A stretch of DNA of 64,000 nt from Blastochloris sp. (lineage in GTDB: Bacteria > Verrucomicrobiota > Verrucomicrobiia > Methylacidiphilales > JAAUTS01), in NCBI GenBank assembly GCA_034440395.1, contig JAWXBW010000069.1, positions 2,798-66,797 of the forward strand, read 5' to 3'. The notes beneath the pieces were generated by a model. The model saw nothing but the letters and a program-made list of their open reading frames with translations, made no database searches and was not told the DNA's origin. This document shows, piece after piece, positions 9,781 to 19,778 of the stretch. Made by a program: the position numbers and the translations under genes. How positions within the stretch are numbered: position 1 is the first letter of the stretch; every line of letters begins with the position of its first letter.

Positions 9781-10467
9781 TCAAGTAGCCTTTCGATGAT
9801 CTCCCACGATCTTACCATCTAGAATTTCAATCCTCCGATCCGCCGCCGCCGCAATCTTCGGATCATGCGTTACTAACACCACCGTATTCCCCTGTGCATG
9901 CAACTCCCGGAACATTCCTAAAATCGTTTCCCCCGTATGCGAATCCAACGCCCCAGTTGGTTCGTCCGCTAAAATCAGCTTTGGCTCATTGACTAACGCC
10001 CTCGCAATGGCCACGCGCTGCGCCTGCCCACCAGAAAGCTGGTTAGGCCGGTGCTTACTACGATCCGCCAGCCCCACGGCCGTTAACGCCTTTAACACCC
10101 GCTCCCTCCGTTGCTTCGATCCCACCCCACCATAAATGAAAGGTAACTCCACATTCTCCATCACATTTAACTTGGGTAATAAATTAAAACTTTGAAACAC
10201 AAACCCAATTTTATCGCCGCGCAATCGTGAAAGCTTCGCATTACTCGCCTTAGAAATTTCCACTCCATCCAAAGTTAAGGTTCCCTTTGTCGGCACATCC
10301 AGACAACCAATCAAATGCATCAGGGTTGATTTTCCACTCCCCGAAGGACCCACAATGGCCACATATTCTCCCGCAACAATATCTGTATTCACCCCATCTA
10401 AGGCATGAATTTCCTGCGAACCTAAAAGATACGTTTTAAACACGTCCCTGATTTCGATCAGTGCCAT
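9781..10467 (-). CDS. ABC transporter ATP-binding protein (MacB/LolD-like)
   Basis: Walker A GPSGSGKST, signature LSGGQAQRVAIARA, Walker B ILADEPTGALD. Confidence 0.9.
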   Translation of the reverse strand: MALIEIRDVFKTYLLGSQEIHALDGVNTDIVAGEYVAIVGPSGSGKSTLMHLIGCLDVPTKGTLTLDGVEISKASNAKLSRLRGDKIGFVFQSFNLLPKLNVMENVELPFIYGGVGSKQRRERVLKALTAVGLADRSKHRPNQLSGGQAQRVAIARALVNEPKLILADEPTGALDSHTGETILGMFRELHAQGNTVVLVTHDPKIAAAADRRIEILDGKIVGDHRKAT

Positions 10468-10475
10468 ACCCTCTC

Positions 10476-11570
10476 CTATTTCTTTTCCTTCTTACGTGGC
10501 CGAGTCAACAGAACCGTTTCCCCCTCGCTTAATCCCGACTTAATCTCCACTACATCCACATTAGAAATCCCGATCTCCAACTCCTTCATCATCGGCTCAC
10601 TCTCGGGGGTTTTAGCATTTACAAATGCCACTTTTTTATCCTTCTCATTAAACACCGCCGATAATGGAACCGCTAAAGCATTCTCCACCGTTTCAATCGT
10701 TATCATCACGTCCGCTGTCATTCCCGGACGCAAGCGTTCATCAGGCTGCTCAATCCCTATCTGCACCGTAAAGCCCTTGATATTCTTCTTAACCGTGGCC
10801 GTAGGAGCTATTTCCTGAATTTTTCCCACCATCTTAAAGTTCGGAATCGAATCCACCGAAAAATCTACCGTCATACCTAATTTTAATTGCGCTACATCCA
10901 CCTGATTCACATGCGTAGATATTTGTAGCTTTTGCAAATCTGCTATCTTCATTAAGGACGTGCCCGAATTTACGCTCGCCGCTGCCACCACGACCTGACC
11001 CTCCACCACGGGTAATTCTAAAATTCTACCAGCCATCGGCGCTAGCACCTTACTCTTAGCTAACCGATCCAACACAATCTGTAACCGCTTCTGCGCCTTA
11101 TCATAATTATTCTCCGCCAGTGCCAGCGTTGTTTGCGAGTCCAACATCGTCTTCTCTGCCACCAACTGCTTAGCAAATAACTGAGCGTCCCGTTCCGAGT
11201 CAGCCCGAGCTTTTTTTACGGAAAGCTCCGTTCCCACAATCTCAATCTCGGCCGAAGCCTTATCCGTTAGTAATTCCCTATTATCCAGCTCCACTAAAAC
11301 ATCCCCTGCCTGCACCACATCTCCTAACTTCACATTGAGCAGCTTGATTTTAGCACTAATTTCAGCCTTTACCTCAATCTGCTCCGCTGGCTCGATGTCG
11401 CCTGCCACATCCACCGTTTGAATGATGGATTTCCGCTCTACCATAGCCGTCAGTTCCAGAGCGACCTCATCAAGACCTGCCGCCTTCTGAGTTTGCCATT
11501 CCTTCCAGCCCCAAAGGCCGCCGAGACCAAGCACAAGAGCCACCACCAGAATTATAAAAAAAGTTTTCAC
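10476..11570 (-). CDS. efflux periplasmic adaptor (HlyD/MacA family)
   Basis: N-terminal signal anchor, lipoyl-like/coiled-coil/beta-barrel layout, and the GDVVQAGDVLVELD motif. Confidence 0.85.
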   Translation of the reverse strand: MKTFFIILVVALVLGLGGLWGWKEWQTQKAAGLDEVALELTAMVERKSIIQTVDVAGDIEPAEQIEVKAEISAKIKLLNVKLGDVVQAGDVLVELDNRELLTDKASAEIEIVGTELSVKKARADSERDAQLFAKQLVAEKTMLDSQTTLALAENNYDKAQKRLQIVLDRLAKSKVLAPMAGRILELPVVEGQVVVAAASVNSGTSLMKIADLQKLQISTHVNQVDVAQLKLGMTVDFSVDSIPNFKMVGKIQEIAPTATVKKNIKGFTVQIGIEQPDERLRPGMTADVMITIETVENALAVPLSAVFNEKDKKVAFVNAKTPESEPMMKELEIGISNVDVVEIKSGLSEGETVLLTRPRKKEKK

Positions 11571-11760
11571 AGAAGCATTAAGCTACCTATCACAAGCAAG
11601 GAAGCAAACACGTTTCAAGCGCGAAGGGAAAAGGGTTTTAATTTTACTTTAAAATGGAATTGATGCAGTGCGGTGTTGCTAAAACCTAGGGAGAAAATGG
11701 TTCCTAAAAAAATTCCTTTCTCTCGTTGTTTTCTTAGCGTAATGCCTTTAACCTGCTCCT

Positions 11761-12249
11761 ATGCGACGTGCGATATACCCTGGCAGTTTTGATCCCATCA
11801 CTAATGGACACCTTGACGTGGCCGAGAGAGCCCTGCGCCTCTTCGACGAGGTCATCATAGCCGTAGCCTTAAATGAAGGCAAACAACCCCTCTTTAGCAT
11901 GGAGGAGCGGGTAGCGCTGGTGCAAGCTTCCCTCAAAAATATCCAAGGCAATGAACGAGTCCGGGTCACTTTTTTTGACAGTCTCCTTGTTAATTACGCC
12001 CAAGAACTTGGTGCCGTCGCCATCATACGTGGGTTACGTGCCGTATCCGATTTTGAGTTTGAATTCCAACTCGCCCTCATGAATCGTAAATTAAATTCTG
12101 AGATTGAGACCATCTTCCTCATGCCGAAGGATAACTACACCTATCTCAGCTCCCGCATTATTAAAGAAATCGCCCGCCTTCACGGCTCAATTGAAGGCTT
12201 TGTGCCTGAAGCTGTTATGAAAGCTATTGCTATCAAGTTTAAATTATGA
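11761..12249 (+). CDS. coaD: phosphopantetheine adenylyltransferase
   Basis: Motif YPGSFDPITNGHLD; 162 aa. Confidence 0.95.
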   Translation: MRRAIYPGSFDPITNGHLDVAERALRLFDEVIIAVALNEGKQPLFSMEERVALVQASLKNIQGNERVRVTFFDSLLVNYAQELGAVAIIRGLRAVSDFEFEFQLALMNRKLNSEIETIFLMPKDNYTYLSSRIIKEIARLHGSIEGFVPEAVMKAIAIKFKL

Positions 12250-12707
12250 AAATTCTCATTACCGATTTACGAGACGAACAAGGGATCGACTTAAAGGGAA
12301 CCCTCGACCCCGCTGGCTATGAGCTTAGTTGTGGTCAAGGCGACCAATGGACTGCAATTGACTACCTATTACGAGCTGACCGAATGGGAAATGAGTGCCT
12401 CGTGACAGGCTCCCTCACAGCTAAACTGCAAGTGGCCTGCTCCCGTTGCCTCGAACCCCTACCCTACCAGATCCAGATTCCTGATTTCCAGCATACCCTT
12501 GAGATAACAAACGAAGAGTCAATCGACTTGACGCCCTTGATTCGTGAAGATATTCTTCTCAACTTTCCTATCGCCGCCAGCTGCCAGCTAGCGGTTGGTA
12601 ACAAGTGTCCCTACACTGGGGTCGTCTATAAGGAAGACGATCACGGATTCGCCGATAAACGGCGGGATGACGTCTGGGCTGCTTTGGAAAAATTAAAAGA
12701 GAACTAA
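12246..12707 (+). CDS. yceD: YceD/DUF177 family protein
   Basis: Conserved position upstream of rpmF; CSRCLEP motif; acidic C-terminus. Confidence 0.8.
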   Translation: MKILITDLRDEQGIDLKGTLDPAGYELSCGQGDQWTAIDYLLRADRMGNECLVTGSLTAKLQVACSRCLEPLPYQIQIPDFQHTLEITNEESIDLTPLIREDILLNFPIAASCQLAVGNKCPYTGVVYKEDDHGFADKRRDDVWAALEKLKEN

Positions 12708-12712
12708 AGATC

Positions 12713-12895
12713 ATGGGAACGCCTAAAAGAAAAACATCAAAGATGCGCTCACGCACACGCAAAGCATCGCATCGCACCAAGCCACTACAACTCCGCACCG
12801 ACAAGGAAAGCAAGTCCAGCCACCGTGCGCACTGCGTCGATCCTAAGACTGGCACCTATCGTGGCCGCCAAGTTCTAACCATCACGGCGGAATAG
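12713..12895 (+). CDS. rpmF: 50S ribosomal protein L32
   Basis: 60 aa, basic, with the GTPKRKTSKMRSRTRKA N-terminus. Lies in the yceD-rpmF-plsX-fabH arrangement. Confidence 0.9.
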   Translation: MGTPKRKTSKMRSRTRKASHRTKPLQLRTDKESKSSHRAHCVDPKTGTYRGRQVLTITAE

Positions 12896-12942
12896 GTAAC
12901 TAGAGTTGTCGAGCGCCCAGCTCCCAACTCAGTCCCTTCGAC

Positions 12943-13944
12943 ATGAAAATCGCACTTGATGCGATGGGCGGTGATTTTGCTCCTGCTTATCCAGTGGCTG
13001 CAGCTATTCGTGCCTTAAAGCAGCTACCCTCCATCGAACGTCTTGTCCTAGTTGGTGACGAAGATACTATCCATCAAGAGCTTGCTAAACATGGTGAAGC
13101 TCCTTCCGATCGCATCCACATTTTCCACACCACGCAAGTCATCGCCATGACCGACGCTGCGGTGGAAGCGGTGCGCCGTAAAAAAGACAGCTCCCTGAAC
13201 CGCTGCATCGACCTCCTCAAGGAAGGTGCGGTCGATGCCGTTGTGTCCGCAGGTAACACCGGTGCTTTCGTCGCTTCCGCCACCATTAAGCTCAGGAACC
13301 TCCTAGGTGTTGATCGCGCAGGCATCGCCACCTTCATGCCCACGCGCAACGGGAAATTTCTTTTGCTAGATGCGGGAGCCAGCGTAGATGCCCGACCCGA
13401 ACACCTCCTCGTTTACGGGATCATGGGTTCCGTTTATTGTCAAAATATTCTAAAAATCTCCGAGCCCCGCGTCGGGCTCCTCTCCAACGGAACCGAAGAA
13501 TCTAAGGGTAACGAGCAAACCAAAGATGCCTTTAAACTTCTCAAGGATGCTCCCATTAGGTTTGTCGGCAACATCGAAGGCCACGGACTCTTTGAAGGAG
13601 AAACCGACGTCATCGTCTGCGACGGCTTCATCGGCAATATCGTCCTCAAAACCTCTTCTAGTCTAGCTAAGTCCACCTTTAAATGGCTTAAAGAAGAGCT
13701 CACCCGTAATCCCCTCCGCATGTTTGGAGCTCTCCTAGCTCAAAACGCCTTTAAAGCTATCAAAACTAAAACCAACGCGGACGAATACGGTGGCGCCGTC
13801 ATTCTTGGACTTAACGGCATCTGCATCAAAGCCCATGGCTCCTCCTCTATTCACGCCCTCTATAACTCACTCCGCGTAGCTAGTGAAGCCGTTGACAACC
13901 AAATCAACCCGCATATTATTGAAGCCCTAGCCAAACTAAAATAA
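12943..13944 (+). CDS. plsX: phosphate acyltransferase PlsX
   Basis: Motifs IALDAMGGD and SAGNTGA; 333 aa. Confidence 0.95.
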   Translation: MKIALDAMGGDFAPAYPVAAAIRALKQLPSIERLVLVGDEDTIHQELAKHGEAPSDRIHIFHTTQVIAMTDAAVEAVRRKKDSSLNRCIDLLKEGAVDAVVSAGNTGAFVASATIKLRNLLGVDRAGIATFMPTRNGKFLLLDAGASVDARPEHLLVYGIMGSVYCQNILKISEPRVGLLSNGTEESKGNEQTKDAFKLLKDAPIRFVGNIEGHGLFEGETDVIVCDGFIGNIVLKTSSSLAKSTFKWLKEELTRNPLRMFGALLAQNAFKAIKTKTNADEYGGAVILGLNGICIKAHGSSSIHALYNSLRVASEAVDNQINPHIIEALAKLK

Positions 13945-13980
13945 CTATCGACCCTCCCGCTCCTCTAAATTTTTTCCTTA

Positions 13981-14949
13981 ATGAAAATAATCGCCACCGG
14001 ACGCTACCTCCCAGAAAAAATTCTTAGCAATGCTGACTTAGAAAAAATGGTCGATACCACGGACGAGTGGATATTCAGCCGCACCGGCATCCGTGAGCGC
14101 CGCATCGCCTCCGAACAAGAAACCAGTTCTTACATGGGTGCCCGCGCCGCGCAACACGCCCTAAGCAAAACAGACCTGACCCCTAACGACATCGACCTCA
14201 TCATCGTCGCCACCGTCACCCCCGACGCCACTTTCCCCTCCACCGCCTGCTACATTCAAAACCATATTGGTGCCACCCGCGCCGCTGCCTTTGACCTCCA
14301 AGCAGCCTGCTCTGGCTTTCTCTATAACCTCGTCGTGGCTGATCAATTTCTGCGCTCAGGCATGTATAAAACCATCCTCGTTATCGGCTCAGAAAAACTC
14401 TCCTCCATCATTGATTGGACAGACCGTAGCACCTGCGTTTTATTCGGAGACGGCGCTGGTGCCGCCATCGTCCAGTCCACTGGTGGGAAATCCCAACTCC
14501 TCTCCTGCGACCTCGGATCTAACGGTAACCTCCACGAAATCCTTTACCTTCTCAACACCAACACCGCTAAAGCCAACGGCAAAATTCTGGGGCCTAATGG
14601 AGCCTGCATGGTCATGGCTGGACAAGAAGTCTTCAAACAAGCCGTTACTGAAATGGCTAAATCCGCCCGTAAATCCATGAATGCCGCAGGCATCACCATT
14701 GACGACCTCCGCTGCGTCATCACCCATCAAGCCAACATCAGAATCATTGACGCCCTAGCTGATCGCCTCAAAATTCCTAAAGAAAAAACCTTCGTCAACG
14801 TCCAGCGTTACGGGAACATCTCCGCCGCCTGCATCCCCGTGGCCATGAGTGAAGCGGAAGAAGAATTTAAGTTCCAACCTGGCGATAAAATTCTCCTCGT
14901 CGCTTTCGGCGGCGGCCTTACTTGGGCCTCAGCGGTTATTGAGTGGTAA
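13981..14949 (+). CDS. fabH: beta-ketoacyl-ACP synthase III
   Basis: Active-site Cys in AACSGFLY, plus HQANIRI and GNISAACIP. Confidence 0.95.
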   Translation: MKIIATGRYLPEKILSNADLEKMVDTTDEWIFSRTGIRERRIASEQETSSYMGARAAQHALSKTDLTPNDIDLIIVATVTPDATFPSTACYIQNHIGATRAAAFDLQAACSGFLYNLVVADQFLRSGMYKTILVIGSEKLSSIIDWTDRSTCVLFGDGAGAAIVQSTGGKSQLLSCDLGSNGNLHEILYLLNTNTAKANGKILGPNGACMVMAGQEVFKQAVTEMAKSARKSMNAAGITIDDLRCVITHQANIRIIDALADRLKIPKEKTFVNVQRYGNISAACIPVAMSEAEEEFKFQPGDKILLVAFGGGLTWASAVIEW

Positions 14950-15207
14950 GTTCCCCCCCCGAGAAATCTATCTAGCTTAGTTATTTTCCTTTTACGCTTT
15001 TATAACCCAAGAGTGGAAAGTGAGGAGATGAGGGGAACGGAGTAGGGCGGAGGGAGAGTTTTAACTACAAAAAATGCAGATTCTTAAATTCCTTTAAGCG
15101 CTATAGTCTAGGTCTTATCCTCCTGCCCCCTCTGCGTCTCTGTGCGAGAAAATTCTGGTTTTCCCATGGTCTTCCGCTAAAGCGAGGGCTCAACAACGTC
15201 CCACGCT

Positions 15208-16554
15208 TTAGGTAGTAGCTGCTTTGGATCCTAAATACCCATCAATCATCCTAGCCATTGTAGCACCCGCACCCAAATTTTCTTCAAATAATTTTCTAGC
15301 CTTACTCCCGTAGTTACAACGTAAATCCCTATCCTCTAGCAAGCGCAGAGCTTCGTTCTTTAATCCCTCAACATCCTTCACCTGAACTAATGCGCTGGCC
15401 TCCAAATAGTCTTCAACTAAAGCTGTAAAGTTTTCCACCTTGTCTCCCAGTACGATCGCCCCACCTACCCGCGCCGCTTCCAAGAAGTTTTGGCCGCCCT
15501 TACCCTTCGGTGCTACCAAGGTCTTCCCGATAAAAATAATCGTCCCTAGTTCATAAAGGGAACGCAGCTCTCCCGTCGTGTTTAAAATGAGAACATCCGC
15601 CTCTGGCCTTGCCTCCGTGCGTAAACACGCCGTGAAGCCCCGCCCCTGCGCTGCCGCCATTAAGCTAGACGCCCTCTCAGCATGACGCGGTGCTAACAAA
15701 CATTTTAACTCTGGCCTCTTCCGCTTTAACTCCTGATAAGCCTCCAAAACAAGCTCCTCCTCGCCTGGGTGGGTGCTGCCCGCTAAAAAAACTTCCGTTC
15801 CTTCAGTCCAGCCCATCTCCTTTCGCAGTCCCTCCGCCACACCTTGATCCGCTTGCGCCAAATGAGCCACATCATATTTCATGCTCCCCGTTACAAACAT
15901 GCTATGCACAGGAAAACCCGCCTCGGCCAGTCGTCCCCGATCACGCTCACTTTGTAAACCAATCAAAGAAATCTTAGAAAGAAACGGCGTCGTGTAAAAA
16001 CGGAATTTTTTAAATCGTTCCCATGAACGATCCGAAAGACGTGCATTCACGATCCATACTGGCACGCCACGCCGCTCGGCTTCCCAGAGCTGATTCGGCC
16101 ACAGCTCCTGCTCCATCAACAAAATCATACAAGGCTTGATCGCCCTAAAAGCTCGTCTTGCCATGGGGAGCAAATCCGCAGGAGAGTACATCACCACCGT
16201 TTTATCATCCTCTAACTCCCTATCCCCTAAAGCCCTTCCCGTAGAAGTGGTACACGTAATCACCACGCCTTGGTCAGGTCGTAGCAGCCGCAGCTCATCT
16301 ACCAACACACGTGCCAACATCATCTCGCCAACACTCACGGCATGGATCCAGATAGGTTCCTTCAAGTGTGAGAGCCTGCTCTGAAGCTCTGGAGAATAAA
16401 AAGAAAAGCGTTCATTAAAGCCGCGCCAAAAGTTGCCACGTCGCCACATGTGCAAAGCAAACCACGGCCAAGTCAGAACAAAAGCCAAGGTGAAACCAAC
16501 ATTATAAAACCATTGTAACATCAAGGTAAAATCATGCCTCGCTCTAGCTAGCAA
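15208..16554 (-). CDS. waaA: 3-deoxy-D-manno-octulosonic acid (Kdo) transferase
   Basis: Motif IWIHAVSVGE and GT-B C-terminal half; 448 aa. Confidence 0.9.
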   Translation of the reverse strand: MLARARHDFTLMLQWFYNVGFTLAFVLTWPWFALHMWRRGNFWRGFNERFSFYSPELQSRLSHLKEPIWIHAVSVGEMMLARVLVDELRLLRPDQGVVITCTTSTGRALGDRELEDDKTVVMYSPADLLPMARRAFRAIKPCMILLMEQELWPNQLWEAERRGVPVWIVNARLSDRSWERFKKFRFYTTPFLSKISLIGLQSERDRGRLAEAGFPVHSMFVTGSMKYDVAHLAQADQGVAEGLRKEMGWTEGTEVFLAGSTHPGEEELVLEAYQELKRKRPELKCLLAPRHAERASSLMAAAQGRGFTACLRTEARPEADVLILNTTGELRSLYELGTIIFIGKTLVAPKGKGGQNFLEAARVGGAIVLGDKVENFTALVEDYLEASALVQVKDVEGLKNEALRLLEDRDLRCNYGSKARKLFEENLGAGATMARMIDGYLGSKAATT

Positions 16555-16584
16555 TCAACCACGCAGTTAGGAAAACACCGATAT

Positions 16585-17529
16585 TTAGGCTCGTGGATGC
16601 GCTTGCAAATAGGAACTCCTTAGTCGTTCCGCCGTCACTTGCGTATAGACCTGCGTCGTGGCTACATTTTCATGGCCCAACAACTCCTGCACACTGCGCA
16701 AATCTGCACCACGATCTAATAAATGCGTGGCGAAACTGTGCCTAAGTTTGTGCGGGGAAAGCTTGTGGTCTAGCCCTGCCCTTAATAAGTATTTTTTAAA
16801 CATCAGTTGCACCATGCGCGCTGAGAGAGCTTTACCGTTACCAGCGACGATCGCAAAATCGCTCCGCGCCATTTCTGGCAAATGTTCCCGATACTCCGCA
16901 TATGCCTTCCTAGCCTTAGCACCTAACATAACGATTCTTTCCTTCTTCCCCTTCCCAACGACCCGTATCTCCCTGCCCTCCCCGTAGATAGCCGCTATTT
17001 TTAGCGTGACCAACTCATCAATGCGCATCCCCGTGCTGTAAAGTATTTCGAGAATCGCTGCGTCACGTAAGTATTGCCACGTCTCCATAGCCCGCCCACG
17101 TTTCGGATTTTTTCCACTCTCCGCCATCAGTTGCGACGGCGCCTCCAAAAAAGCTGACATCTGTTCCTCACTCAGGAAGAGAGGTAACCGTTTTTCCTTA
17201 GCGGGAAGTTTTAACTGCGCTAAGGGACTTTCTTTTAGCAAACCTAGCTTCAGTTGATACTGATAAAAAGAGCGCATGGCAGAAAAATGAAGTCGGATCG
17301 AGGCAGATTTGAGCGTCTTCTTTTGCGACAAATGGTATAGATAACGCCTAAAGTCTAACATTTCTAAATTCGTCCACTCTTTCCCGACAAAAAATACAGA
17401 GGCCTCTAAAAGACTTTGCCTATAATTACGACTGGTCTTGAGCGAATACCCTTTTTCAGATTCTAAATACCTCAAAAAATCAGGCACCCATTTTTTAGGA
17501 GCTAACCAAGGGGACTCAACGTCAGTCAT
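16585..17529 (-). CDS. tyrosine recombinase XerC/XerD family
   Basis: C-terminal catalytic blocks RHSFATHLL and LGHENVATTQVYT; SAM-like N-terminal domain. Confidence 0.85.
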   Translation of the reverse strand: MTDVESPWLAPKKWVPDFLRYLESEKGYSLKTSRNYRQSLLEASVFFVGKEWTNLEMLDFRRYLYHLSQKKTLKSASIRLHFSAMRSFYQYQLKLGLLKESPLAQLKLPAKEKRLPLFLSEEQMSAFLEAPSQLMAESGKNPKRGRAMETWQYLRDAAILEILYSTGMRIDELVTLKIAAIYGEGREIRVVGKGKKERIVMLGAKARKAYAEYREHLPEMARSDFAIVAGNGKALSARMVQLMFKKYLLRAGLDHKLSPHKLRHSFATHLLDRGADLRSVQELLGHENVATTQVYTQVTAERLRSSYLQAHPRA

Positions 17530-17585
17530 TGAGATAAAGATAACGTTTTAGATGGGTCGGAACAATAAAAACATGCTACCAGAAT

Positions 17586-18764
17586 TTACGTAGTCTTCAC
17601 GTAACGAAATAGTGCTGCCGTCAAGGTATAGCCATGAACGAAGTTTTGCCCAGATACGGGGCCGAGTTCTCCATTACAAAAAAATCCGGCACTCGGGTGC
17701 TCTCCTAAATGATCAGAGATGGTTTTAGCATCGAAAGCCGTTTCCCCAAAAAAAGCTTTTCCACGACCTATACAACTAAAGACAAGTGAAGCTAGTGGTT
17801 TCGGCTTCTCGTGAATTGAGTGCAAAAGGCTGTGCATATCAGCTTTCGCTGAAATTTTATCGCGTAGTTGATATTGTAAGGTCTGTCCTACCCGTGGAAG
17901 TGAACCAATGACGACGGCTCCACTCTCAGGATCAGCACTTAAGATGTTCCGCACGAGGAAATCACCCTGTTTAAAATCGTCTAAATATTCCGAGGTGGCT
18001 AAGCCCGCAAAAACATTTCCCTTTGCAGTCTCTCGTTCCTCATCATTCATGCCAGTGATCACGTTACTTAACACTTCAAAAGCAGACTTCGATCCTAACT
18101 GATAGACCACATTACGATCAACTTGGGTAATAGTAAATGGATCACCAATCGGGCGGCAACCTTGACTGACCACAGCTTCGCAGAGGATGGCTCCAGCTAG
18201 GCCGATGAGTAAGCCTCCTTCCACTACCTCTTCATTATGAAAAACGGTGATTCCATCCGCACGTTTATTACTACTAGCCAGTCCCCCTAAACAAGGAATG
18301 TCCGGGTAAGCTTTATTCCAAAAGCCTAGCCATGCTTCAATATTAATGACTAACGGATTAATCAAAGCTAGCCAACTATTGACCGACTGACCTTCACATT
18401 TCGACCAAGCTTTCCATTGCTCTGGAGAGTCCATTTCACCCATTTCGGCAGAACCAAAACTGCGAACCGTTAACGTTGTATCAGGCAAGCTAAGGAGCAA
18501 GATTGTAAAGCCAGCACCTTCATCAAACTCAACCCCAGAACCGATAATGCCTCGACCTGTGCAGCCAAACACTTCAGGAATATGGCCATAAAGCCTGAGC
18601 GTTTCTACGAAGTCTTCTAGGTGCTCAGCATACTCAATAGAGGCAAACACGAAAGCGCACGACGCTTTAGCCTGTAGCTCTTGACGCAAGCGTGTAGCCG
18701 TGTCTCTCACCACACCCTCATCATAAGAGCCTTTAAAGCAAAACGAAACTGCCTTTGATTTCAT
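17586..18764 (-). CDS. FIST-domain sensory protein
   Basis: ~390 aa with a FIST_N/FIST_C-like layout and the C-terminal block GFFCNGELGPV...NFVHGYT. Confidence 0.65.
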   Translation of the reverse strand: MKSKAVSFCFKGSYDEGVVRDTATRLRQELQAKASCAFVFASIEYAEHLEDFVETLRLYGHIPEVFGCTGRGIIGSGVEFDEGAGFTILLLSLPDTTLTVRSFGSAEMGEMDSPEQWKAWSKCEGQSVNSWLALINPLVINIEAWLGFWNKAYPDIPCLGGLASSNKRADGITVFHNEEVVEGGLLIGLAGAILCEAVVSQGCRPIGDPFTITQVDRNVVYQLGSKSAFEVLSNVITGMNDEERETAKGNVFAGLATSEYLDDFKQGDFLVRNILSADPESGAVVIGSLPRVGQTLQYQLRDKISAKADMHSLLHSIHEKPKPLASLVFSCIGRGKAFFGETAFDAKTISDHLGEHPSAGFFCNGELGPVSGQNFVHGYTLTAALFRYVKTT

Positions 18765-18797
18765 AAGTATTAGCTTACTCCTACTTCATTCATTATT

Positions 18798-19778
18798 CTA
18801 CACGAACAATTCGGGAAACTTTTCCTGCGCCATACGCAAACTTTCTGGCATAAGTTGGTAACCTACGTGACCTTGCCTAAACTCTGCATAGTGCGAACCT
18901 TTCCATTTAGTGTGCAATCCACGAATTGTTTCTGGGGTGGCAATACGATCAAAAATCCCCGCCAACAGAAGAATACGCTCCGTTGGCAATAAAGGAGTGT
19001 TAAACCCAGGACAAAGTTTTGCCATGAGTTGTCCAACTTGCTCCCGGGTAATGCCACGCTGCCTGAGTTGACGGCGAAGGACGATTGTCGCTGGGGATTC
19101 CCATACGGCCCAATCCACGTCCACAATAGGTTCTAGAAGCCACGCTGTACTGAAACAATCTTCCAATGCCATCAAAAGACCAGCCACCCAGCCGCCATAA
19201 CTCGTGGCCCAAAGACCTAGATGCGGACAGCCGCGCTGCTTTAATAAGCGGGAAACTGCTCTGAGCTCCACTACCGCTTGCCGTAAGCCTTCCGATGTTC
19301 TGATTAAATGAGAGGTGAGAGCCATTTCACCGCTGAGAACACCCTTCGGCCTACGACCATAGTGGTAAGGTAAATGAAAAAATATAGCGGTCCAGCCTAG
19401 TTTGTTTAACTTACGTGCCCACATGCGGTAACCCACATCACTGACAGACATATGCCCATGCAGCATGAACATAGCAGGAGATTCCCACCCCTTCGGTCCC
19501 AGCCAAATATCGAGATGTAAATGGTCATTTTCTTTCACTCCCGAAATCACCGGGCTGGGGCAAGAAAAAGTTCCCTGCCCTGGCATCTTATCCAACTGAG
19601 GAGAATCAGGAACGGCATAGAACTCTTCAAGAGAAAGCTTGTTCATCTCACTTAAGTATTTCTGCAACGTCTCCGCATCGTGAGACCCCGCTTTACCTCG
19701 TAGCTGAATGGCGTTGATCATACCGAAGGAGAGTCCATCGATAATCTTTGCACTGTTGTCCCGTAAGAATGTCCTCAT
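18798..19778 (-). CDS. alpha/beta hydrolase-fold protein
   Basis: Nucleophile-elbow-like WATSYGGW. I place the start at Met7 (19778), which gives an ATGA overlap with the stop of the upstream acyltransferase gene. Confidence 0.5.
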   Translation of the reverse strand: MRTFLRDNSAKIIDGLSFGMINAIQLRGKAGSHDAETLQKYLSEMNKLSLEEFYAVPDSPQLDKMPGQGTFSCPSPVISGVKENDHLHLDIWLGPKGWESPAMFMLHGHMSVSDVGYRMWARKLNKLGWTAIFFHLPYHYGRRPKGVLSGEMALTSHLIRTSEGLRQAVVELRAVSRLLKQRGCPHLGLWATSYGGWVAGLLMALEDCFSTAWLLEPIVDVDWAVWESPATIVLRRQLRQRGITREQVGQLMAKLCPGFNTPLLPTERILLLAGIFDRIATPETIRGLHTKWKGSHYAEFRQGHVGYQLMPESLRMAQEKFPELFV

